64,000 bases of DNA. Source: Mobula birostris. Lineage: Eukaryota. A program made the translations under genes and the position numbers. Positions 51,601-58,900 of the stretch are shown piece by piece (position 1 is the stretch's first letter; every line of letters starts with the position of its first letter). Under the pieces are notes generated by a model that ran no database searches, was not told the DNA's origin, and was given only the letters and a program-made list of their open reading frames with translations. The stretch lies in contig NC_092376.1 of assembly GCF_030028105.1 (NCBI RefSeq), positions 170,157,613-170,221,612 of the forward strand, read 5' to 3'.

Positions 51601-53791
51601 GGCAGTTCCTCACGGACTGGGAAGGATTTGGACCCAAGGAACAATGCTGGGTTCCAGAAAGGGATATCTCAGATTTAGCTCTTATCCATGACTACCATCA
51701 ACATCTCTCTGAGCAGTCAGCGCTGGCAAGAGTTGGCTGTAAGGGAGGGGTTCCTGTTACGATACGCACAAAAACGTGCTAGCTTCCGCAGTTTAAACAC
51801 TCTGACTCTCTGGATTGTGGATAGCTGGCACGGCCCTTTTAAAAATGCAGGACCACCCTACTAATTGGCAGTTATGATTTGGTGCCAGGATTTTAATATT
51901 TAAAGAGCACCTGAACTGATCAATCATCAGATCTATGTTGGATTCTCATCCAGTGTCTGGTTTAGAACCCTGTTCCCATTTCAGTCTCGTATCGAGTCTT
52001 GGATACTCTAGCACATGCGTCCTGACCATCCTTGCCCAGGTCTCTAATCATACAGAGACCACAGGGTCACTGGATGCTGAAAGCATTTGCACCTGCTTGT
52101 CTATCTGCAATTTGTCATATTTTCAAGGTGCATTGGCACATTATTACACAAATGTTATTAACAAAGCACTCTAACATGATAGAGGTTCCATTTTCTAACA
52201 GACCAAAATGTCATTTTGATACTACAAATAAAGCACATTTCTACATGCTTCAGACAAAAGTTTCCTCCTTTTTCATTGAGTGGTGCTACCTCTGTTCTAG
52301 TTACTCTGTTGTTTTTAATGTTTGTGCAAAATTCCTTGTAATCATCTTTATTCCCATCTACCAAGGGCATTTCATGGAGAATTTTGGCTTTTTGACTAAA
52401 TTTGAAATATCTCTTTAACCTAATGTTTATTAACCCCGCTAATCTCAACTTTTTTTCTCTCTCACGAACCCTGATCATTTCACCTTTAACCATTTCTCAC
52501 GTGTCTGATGTGGACTTACACAATAACTGTTGCTCTCAAGTAACTTTCCCCAGCTCCTGCATAATACTGTTCTAATTACCGTTTCACTGATTTAGCAATT
52601 TGCCCCGAGTTCCAGTCTTCCCAATATAGATAGCAATTTGAATATTTGTAGATTTGTGATTGCTGTTCCCAAAATGCTCCCCCAACTTTCCAACTCACCC
52701 CCCTCCAACACAAACCTCACATGGCAAGGCTCATTTCCAAATATAATGTCCAGTCTGGCCTCTTTTACAATATTCATATACTATGTCAAAAACTGTGTCG
52801 GATGCACATGACTAATATGGTGTGATCTAAACGTCAGCATTACATTGTTCTGGTCAACATTAAGGTGATTAGTAATACCAACTCAAGGACCTGTTACAAT
52901 TACACTTTTCATAATCTCCTCATGTTCTTTTCCTGTATCTTCCACTGTCTTTGTGGATGGAAGCCCATCTCCTGGTAAATAAGGCATTATGTTTGCTTTT
53001 GTGTTCTTAGCCTCAGACAGTTGCCAGGAGGTATCATCATTCTGCTAGGAAACAGTGTTGGGTGATTTGTGTGTGTGTAATATTTGCTCTTCCTGTATTG
53101 GGCACTCTACATGCAATCTGCAAGTTTGGAGATTGTGGAGGGTTTTAGAGAGGGGTTGGCAAGCTCGAGGAGGTGTTGACAGTTGACTATTGGAAGCAAG
53201 AATCAGTTTTCGGTTGGCGTCATCAAAGAGTGCTATAAAATGAGAATTAGGAGGATCCCAGGATAGGTTGTCAGAGGGAGCCAGGGGAAACTGTACGGGA
53301 GGTGAAGTGAAGAAATTACGGGTGAGTCTCAAGCTACAAATAGATCAGCAAGGTGAGAGCAGTTCCACTTGGCTGGACTGTGGTGGGGAGTTGTTGGAGG
53401 AGATATTGTGGACAACTTATCAAAGTCTGCAGACAGACTGGGCAGGATAAAGAGGGAGAGTTTCCCTCTGCAACGTGCTCACTGGATGTTATTTCTGACT
53501 GTGATAGGAACTGTGTTAGTGCAGAAGGGAAGAGTCCTGGTGGGAGGAGCACAGAGATGAAACTCTGTTAATAATGTGATGGTTTGTGAGACAGCAGCAC
53601 ATTCAGGGACTCAGAGAGCAATGTGAGTTTGAAAATGGGCAGCAAGTTTACATGGACAATAATAAAACAATGTGGTTGTGATTGGTGAAGAAAAATCACT
53701 TACTTTGAGTGGAAACAGGATGAAGAAGTAGAACAAAGAAATTAAACATCAAACCAGCTGGCAAACTTCTGCAGTGAAACCTCAGCCTCAT
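6544..53791 (-). CDS. Spliced gene model: type I membrane protein with leader, 8 Ig domains (V-C2-V-C2-V-C2-V-C2) and TM; CD4/LAG-3/G6F-like-related IgSF receptor; cytoplasmic tail unresolved
   Basis: Ten GT-AG exons joined in phase 1: 53704-53791, 39898-40230, 31831-32100, 30928-31269, 30589-30849, 26545-26889, 24517-24783, 11768-12103, 9899-10168, 6544-6651. Total 2620 nt with no stop. Junction codons are AAA, GTT, CAT, GTC, GGA, GTT, CAT, GTC, AAG. Confidence 0.8.
6881..7624 (+). mobile_element. Solo LTR
   Basis: TGTCGTGG...GTGACA termini, flanks cagt/cagg (imperfect 4-bp TSD), tataag at ~7017. Both ends match the inverted copy at 14404-22277. Confidence 0.7.
7888..8065. repeat. ~36-bp minisatellite, about 5 diverged copies
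   Basis: Unit approximates cctctatcagattccaaggaaggggctttgaataaa. Confidence 0.75.
8635..9405 (+). mobile_element. Rex/Babar-type LINE, 3' fragment
   Basis: [65 protein letters not shown]; (caatt)n tail. Confidence 0.8.
9899..10168 (-). CDS. Ig exon D8 (C2-like, paralog of D4)
   Basis: tttccacag|TC ACA to AAC A|gtaagt, 270 nt open. [11 protein letters not shown]...LVWI...GKWMC. Confidence 0.9.
10392..11283 (+). mobile_element. CR1 3' fragment in the D7-D8 intron
   Basis: [14 protein letters not shown] and [18 protein letters not shown]; tttctatgtttctatg tail. Confidence 0.9.
11768..12103 (-). CDS. Ig exon D7 (V-like, paralog of D3)
   Basis: tcttgcag|AT TTA to AGA G|gtaaga, 336 nt open. LICETC...WTW...[18 protein letters not shown]...IELITVR. 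Confidence 0.9.
12521..13050. mobile_element. Non-autonomous Tc1/mariner-type element (MITE)
   Basis: Imperfect inverted termini cacataatggccactttat and ataaagtggaccctaagtg, each flanked by TA; no coding capacity. Confidence 0.55.
14885..15062. repeat. 36-bp tandem repeat, about 5 copies, inside the LTR
   Basis: Unit tggtcttgggagacaggaacacagaacacagagccc; translates as [12 protein letters not shown] repeats. Confidence 0.85.
15170..15330. repeat. 25-bp tandem repeat, about 6 copies, inside the LTR
   Basis: Unit caggcgaggcatcaggcgaaggtag. Confidence 0.85.
15372..22107 (-). mobile_element. Near full-length Nimb/I-group LINE (gag-like ORF1; ORF2 APE-RT-RNase H), degenerate
   Basis: ORF1 zinc knuckles [33 protein letters not shown] motif CISETWL, RT motifs PQGSVVS and LFADDGALW, RNase H motif [10 protein letters not shown]. 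(gaa)n tail. 15-bp TSD ccagccactgaagct at 15357-15371 and 22108-22122. Confidence 0.88.
18815..20436 (+). mobile_element. Young 5'-truncated CR1 inserted in the Nimb endonuclease
   Basis: Nearly intact RT ([17 protein letters not shown]), (ttctatgg)n tail, 7-bp TSD atggatt at 18808-18814 and 20437-20443. Confidence 0.92.
24517..24783 (-). CDS. Ig exon D6 (C2-like, paralog of D2; F-strand Cys replaced by Trp)
   Basis: tttccacag|TT GAG to GAC C|gtaagt, 267 nt open. GSDVTLSC...LHWK...LYTWEV. Confidence 0.88.
25115..26030 (-). mobile_element. CR1 3' fragment
   Basis: [14 protein letters not shown] and [16 protein letters not shown]; (tcttatgg)n tail. Confidence 0.9.
26545..26889 (-). CDS. Ig exon D5 (V-like, paralog of D1, lacks canonical Cys pair)
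   Basis: catttgcag|GA AGC to AAA G|gtatgt, 345 nt open. [20 protein letters not shown]. Confidence 0.85.
28490..28790 (-). mobile_element. CR1 3' end fragment
   Basis: [12 protein letters not shown]...[16 protein letters not shown]. Confidence 0.8.
29430..29715 (+). mobile_element. CR1 3' end fragment
   Basis: Same sequence family as 10990-11283, with a tttctatgtttctatg tail. Confidence 0.8.
30589..30849 (-). CDS. Ig exon D4 (C2-like)
   Basis: tttccacag|TC ACA to AGT G|gtgagt, 261 nt open. [11 protein letters not shown]...LVWI...GKWMC. Confidence 0.9.
30928..31269 (-). CDS. Ig exon D3 (V-like)
   Basis: gatacag|AT TTA to AAA G|gttgga (weak donor), 342 nt open. LVCYSC...WNW...[18 protein letters not shown]...IELITVK. 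Confidence 0.9.
31831..32100 (-). CDS. Ig exon D2 (C2-like)
   Basis: tctcacag|TT GAG to ACA C|gtaagt, 270 nt open. GSDVTLSC...LHWK...DGKLYQC. Confidence 0.9.
32690..33055 (+). mobile_element. CR1 3' fragment
   Basis: [22 protein letters not shown]. Confidence 0.8.
33057..35810 (-). mobile_element. CR1 ORF2 fragment, interrupted at ~34950-35215 by another LINE 3' end
   Basis: [32 protein letters not shown]; (tcttatgg)n tail at ~33057-33075. Confidence 0.85.
35815..36040 (+). mobile_element. CR1 3' UTR fragment
   Basis: gtgtgaaatgagctgcca...gaagggcctgtttctctgctgta...ctctatgactcta. Confidence 0.7.
37014..37182. promoter_or_regulatory. Cluster of NF-kB-like motifs in the D1-D2 intron
   Basis: GGGAAATTCC at 37173-37182 (full match to GGGRNWYYCC), GGGAATTTCA at 37113-37122, GGGAATATCA at 37015-37024. 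Motif match only. Confidence 0.3.
37905..39700 (+). mobile_element. Penelope-like fragment split by a CR1 insertion
   Basis: Pyrimidine-rich sequence at 37905-38160 resumes at ~39527. Degenerate hammerhead-like CTCATGAAGGGTCTTAGAACGAAAC at ~39590. Confidence 0.55.
38161..39526 (+). mobile_element. 5'-truncated CR1, same subfamily as 44270-48488 and 57968-60758
   Basis: [35 protein letters not shown] is nearly identical among the three copies; ttctatgttc tail. Confidence 0.92.
39898..40230 (-). CDS. Ig exon D1 (V-like, lacks canonical Cys pair)
   Basis: ctctacacag|AA AAC AGA to ATC AAA G|gtaagt, 333 nt open. Contains LEWKP (C-strand Trp), FAGLFTLTQ and YEIFGIK. Confidence 0.85.
40615..42770 (-). 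mobile_element. Rex/Babar-type LINE, internally deleted
   Basis: [67 protein letters not shown]. Confidence 0.85.
44270..48488 (+). mobile_element. Near full-length CR1 LINE with stops and frameshifts
   Basis: ORF1 coiled coil and esterase ([20 protein letters not shown]). ORF2 APE (YLNAR, ITETWL, MGDFNFP) and RT. (ttctatg)n tail. Confidence 0.92.
49297..49817 (+). mobile_element. Short non-coding retroelement inserted in Gypsy pol
   Basis: 5-bp TSD aagtt at 49292-49296 and 49818-49822; removing it restores NFYRKFIRTFS. Starts TTCCGGTCAAGATGGC and ends with a ttgaact-like tail. Confidence 0.7.
53704..53791 (-). CDS. Signal-peptide exon [29 protein letters not shown]
   Basis: ATG at 53791 in GCAAAATG context, basic N-region then hydrophobic core, donor A|gtaagt in phase 1. 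An acceptor-like ctcttacag|G at 53803 suggests an upstream non-coding exon. Its link to D1 across a 13.5 kb intron is inferred. Confidence 0.7.
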
Positions 53792-54399
53792 TTTGCGGGT
53801 TTCCTGTAAGAGATGAAGTGCAGTTTTAGACTGAGCAGCAGGAACCCACCGGAGCCCACAGACAGCACGAGTCAGCGTTCCCCCACCGCTGAGTTTCACT
53901 GTAGAGAGCCTGAAGTGAGTTACAAGTTTGGCAAATTATTCTTCAAATAAGCGTGTTACAACAGTGGTGTGCAGGAACATTTCTGGATGCACAACGTTTC
54001 GAACCTTGATGTGGAATGGCTACAGCAGCAGAGGACCACAGCAAGCTCCACTCTTGTGAGTAGCAACTGAGACTGAGTGTTTATGTGCATCTCTGATGAG
54101 GTTGACATTTAGTGCCAACCCTGAATTACTTGTGAATTGAGGGGACTGTGAAACCAATTCGGTGTCAATCACATTTTATGAATCATATGGGGTACAGTCT
54201 AGGCTGGGCGCGGCTGGAATAGAATGAAACTTAGTATTTTTTTACAAGAGTTTCATGGTCATCACTAACACAGAAACAGGCCCTTTGGCCCATTTGTCTG
54301 AGCCAGCCTGGTGTTTTGCCTTCTATCTGCATTCAGTCCATAGCCCTCCATGCCTCTCTTCATCCACATACCTTTGCTAACTCCTCTTAAATGTGGCAA

Positions 54400-55794
54400 T
54401 TGAAATCACAGATTCACAGAGATTCACAGAGCACTACAGCACAGAAACAAGAACAGCACTCCATCCAGTTCATGACAAACTATTATTCTGCAAAGTCCCA
54501 TCAACCTGCACCTGGACCATAGCCCTCCCATCCATGTATTTATCCAAACTTCTCTTAAATTATTCAATCAGATCCACATCCATCACATCTGCTGACATCT
54601 TGTTCCACACTCACCATCCACTGAGTGAAGAAGCTCCCTGTCAGTTTTCCCTTAAATAATTCACCTTTCACTCATAACTTATGACCTCTAGTTCCAGTCT
54701 CACCAAACCACAGAGGAAAGAGTCTGCATGCATTTACTTATCTATCCTCCTCATGATTTGTTTAACTCTATCAAATCACCCCTCATTCGCCTACACCCCA
54801 GGGAACAAAGTACTAACCTATTCAATCTTTCCTTAGCTCTCAGGTCCTCAAGTCCCAGCAAAATCATTGTAAATTTATTCGGCATTTTTTCAATCTTATT
54901 GATAACTCTCCTGTACGTAGGTGACTGAAACTGCATCCAATACTCCAAATTTGGCCTCACTCACATATGACATGTAACCCTGAGCCTCGCCCAGCTCGTG
55001 CTCATCTAGGGGAAACAGCCCTCAACCCCACCAAAGTGGGTAATCACGTTTGTGTGGATGCTGTGTAATGTATCCCCAGTTACAAACCCACAATGAAAAA
55101 TCTCAGACAGTCCACCATATGCAATTAAATGATTGAACTATATGAATCTTAATCTGAATAGAGGGGGAGTAATGAAAATTTTAAAAGGCCCAATTCAAGT
55201 CAAAAGTTCACGTTGGAACTCACTCAGTAGTCATACTTCCACCATCGGTCTCCTCCGAACGTCGCCGACCTTCGGACCCTCAAATACCAGTCCACTCCGT
55301 CCGGTGGTCTACCAGCTCTCTCCACACGCGTCTTCCCTCTTCACTTCTCCTCGACACAAAGACCGTGAAAAAAACATCCTTCCAAATACGCAGGACAAAG
55401 CAACAATCTCCAATTGGCTAATATGCATCCTACAGCTCTGTTATCTCCAGCCATAAACCAAATATTGCTGCTACAGAGAAACCGTTACTTCAGCAGTGAA
55501 CATTACAGAGAAGCCATTACATTAGCTTTAGCAGTGAAATATTACGAAGAAGCCATTACAGACACAATTCCAACAAAACATTCCAATTCCTCTATCCAAT
55601 ATTCTGATCTATGAAAGCCAATGTACCAAAAGCTCTCTTTAAGAACCTGTCTATCTGTGAAGACACTTTCACGGAATTATAAATCTGTATACTCGGATCC
55701 CTTTTTTCGACCACATTCCTCAATGCACTACCATTCACGGTGAAAGACCTACCCTGGTTTGTCCTCCCAAAGTGCAACACCTCACACTTGTCTG
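54400..55794 (-). mobile_element. CR1 3' fragment interrupted by a solo LTR, running into an assembly gap
   Basis: RPNLEYWMQFQSP and LHFGRTNQGR; gattcacaga-repeat tail at ~54410. Confidence 0.8.
54973..55560. mobile_element. Solo LTR
   Basis: TGTAAC...ATTACA inverted termini and a perfect 4-bp TSD gaca at 54969-54972 and 55561-55564. Confidence 0.8.
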
Positions 55795-55984
55795 NNNNNN
55801 NNNNNNNNNNNNNNNNNNNNNNNNNNNNNNNNNNNNNNNNNNNNNNNNNNNNNNNNNNNNNNNNNNNNNNNNNNNNNNNNNNNNNNNNNNNNNNNNNNNN
55901 NNNNNNNNNNNNNNNNNNNNNNNNNNNNNNNNNNNNNNNNNNNNNNNNNNNNNNNNNNNNNNNNNNNNNNNNNNNNNNNNNNNN
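55795..55984. other. Assembly gap (190 N)
   Basis: Run of N. Confidence 1.
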
Positions 55985-58900
55985 AGATGCATCTAGGCAT
56001 ATTACAGCCCTCTGCAGGATATATAATTAATTATAGAACTTCAAGGAACTCAAATTCTCGAATAGAACCTAGTCTCACGTATAAACTGAATAATAAACTC
56101 TTCAATCAGATGTTGATTCTCTTGATGGCCAAACAAAGATTTGATAGAAAACCAAAATAAATTCAAGCCAGATAGCCTCTTGAATAACATGCTTCTTTCA
56201 ATTTTGTATCGATTACAGCTCAGCAAAACATGCTGGACTGTCTCTGGACTACCACAGTCATGTAATCCAGTAGGATGTTTTCCTATTATCTTTAAGTAAT
56301 AGTTTAACCCACAATGCCCCAACCTAAGTCTTGTTAATTTCACCATATCTCTACAACTTAAAAGGTAACAGTCTGAGACCTTTTTAACTAGTGGGTGACT
56401 GGAAAAATAATGCCTGCCCCTTAATTCATTTTTCCAATCCTCCTGCCACTTCTTCTCTATACCATTTTTAATGCTACTTCTCAATTCTGCTCTGCCTAGG
56501 GGAACTCTAATTTCTACTTGCCTGCTCTGTAAGGAAGACTTTGCAATGCCATCCACAATTTCATTTCCCTCCACCCCAGCATGCCCAGGTATCCATGAAA
56601 ATCTAACTGCACAGCCCATCTTCCCAACTCTAAACGACACTAAGAGAATCTCAATAACGATGTCAGGACGAGCTTTCGATTTAATCCCTTTTATAGCCTC
56701 TAAAGCAGTAGCAGAATCCAAACAGATGATAACCCTACATGGTTGAGAGCCTTCTATCCACCATAAGGCCCAGAGGATTGCTAATAATTCTGTTGCAAAG
56801 ACAGAAACACCATCTGAAACCTACTGACCAATCTTAACTCCAAAATGATCCCCATTTATTATTTAAATAGTCATTTGTGATCAACGCTGATAAAATTGCA
56901 CTGCTTCTTTGAAGCTGAAAAAGGAGGAATAGGTTTATTTCTGGTTCTAGAAAGAGCCAAAAAGGGATGAGTGGCAAGCAAATTTGGTCAATTATGTCTT
57001 TCTCAGTCAGTTTCAATTTCACAGCCCAGTTATTAACCAAATCTAAAAGTGGGTATCTTTTAATTTTACTTTGGCGCTCCGACTTCCCCTGCAAAAGACA
57101 CTTTGGAGGACAGCTGTGATTGAATCCATTTAGTTTTGCCCAATACTGCAGGCCCAGCTGAATTCGTCTTAAGTGCAGAGGCACTTCTCCCATCTCCACA
57201 CATAATGCCAGAACTGATGTTGTTCTAAAAGCTCCACAACAGAGTCTAAGTGCTATGGACTGTACAGTGTCTAGTTTTCCAAGCACTGCCGTAGCAGTGG
57301 AACCATAAGCAATACAACCATAATCTATAACTGATCTAATCATAGCTAGATATATTAAGTACATAGTTTCCCGCCCTGCTCCCCAGTCGCATCCAGCAAT
57401 ACTTCTCATAACATTGAAAACTTTCTCACACTTTCCAATTGTTTTATCTATATGAACCCTCCAAGTAAGTCTTTCATCAAACCAGACACCTAAAAACTTG
57501 AATACCTTGACTTTTTCTAGTGGAGAATCATATAGATACAATTCACAATCAGGAATCTTTCTTTTAACGCCAAAAATCATATATTTGGACTTAGAAGCAG
57601 AAATCCTGAAACCCCATTTATTAGCCCAGTTTTCAACTGATCTTAAAGCCTTTTGTACCTGCCTTAATATATTCTTGATATTTCTTCCTCTTTTCCAGAT
57701 TGCACCATCGTCTGCAAACAATGATTTGCCAAATTCGGTCCCTACCTGATCAAAGAAATCATTTATCATGACATTAAAAAGAATTGGACTAATGACACTT
57801 CCTTGAGGGGTACCATTACCTATCTTAACTGACTTGGAGCTTGTTCTGCCTATCCTTATTTGAATTGTCCTTTCCTTAAGGAAATCTTTGATCCAGTTAA
57901 ACATTCTACCACTAATTCCCGCATCATAGAGTTTAATGAATAAGCCATCCCTCTATAGTGAGTCATACATTTTGAAAAGCTCAACATTTTGGAAAGCTCA
58001 AACAGATAAATAGAGGGATAGCTCAAGCGAAGCGGCCAGTGGAAAGCGGCCAGAGTGTGAGTGGGCCAGTGAAGGAGTGAAGCTTTGAGGCTTTGACTCA
58101 AGAGGCTTCGATGAGAAGAGGCGGAGGACAAGCTAGCTCGCAGTTAGTTTTTACAATGTCTCCTGAGACGGTGATGTGCCTCTCATGTGAGATGTGGCAG
58201 TCTTGGGGGAACGCCCCTCTCCCTCAGAGTCACATCTGCCAGAAGTGCATACAGCTGGGCGATCTGGAAGACCGTGTAAGGAACCTAGAGCAGCAGCTGG
58301 ATGACCTTCGACTCATAAGGGAGAATGAGGCAGTCATAGATGAGAGCTACAGGGAGGTAGTCACACCTAGGCTATCGGAAGCAGGTCGTTGGCTGACAGT
58401 CAGAGGGGGGAAGCGAAGGTGAGCAGACAGGTAGTGCAGAGCACCCCTGTAGCCATTCCCCTGAATAATAAATTTACCACCCTGGATAGGTCACAGATCT
58501 CTCAGTGGGTGAGCATCTGGGGGACAGTGACCACCGCTCCCTGGCCTTTATAATTATCATGGAAAAGGATAGAATCAAAGAGGACAGGAGAATTTTTAAT
58601 TGGGGAAAGTCAAATTATGAGGCTATAAGGCTAGAACTTGCGGGTGTGAATTGGGATGATGGTTTTGCAGGGAAATATACTATGGACATGTGGTTGATGT
58701 TTAGAGATCTCTTGCGGGATGTAAGGGATAAATTTGTCCCGGTGAGGAAGATAAAGAATGGTAGGGTGAAGGAACCATGGGTGACAAGTGAGGTGGAAAA
58801 TCTAGTCAGGGGGAAGAAGGCAGCATACATGAGGTTTAGGAAGCAAGGATCAGCTGGGTCTATTGAGGAATATAAGGAAGCAAGAAAGGAGCTTAAGAAG

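Larger units (their letters stand above)
42790..52028 (+). mobile_element. Chromodomain-bearing Gypsy (sushi-like) LTR retrotransposon, degenerate and interrupted: gag 42790-43440, pol 48490-51740, 3' LTR from 51755
   Basis: gag MRQG...[12 protein letters not shown] and [16 protein letters not shown]...[18 protein letters not shown]. Integrase WAHISMDFV. Chromodomain-like [18 protein letters not shown] aagggagggg precedes TGTTAC. Confidence 0.82.

Noticed and set aside
52158-52493. 111-aa minus-strand ORF in the leader-D1 intron
   Set aside because: No Ig or TE motif recognised and no convincing splice sites.
6544-53791. Assigning the symbol CD4 or LAG3
   Set aside because: There are eight domains rather than four, the diagnostic cytoplasmic motifs were not found, and no synteny is visible in this window.
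55735-56160. ORFs containing X runs
   Set aside because: They are artefacts of translating through the N gap.
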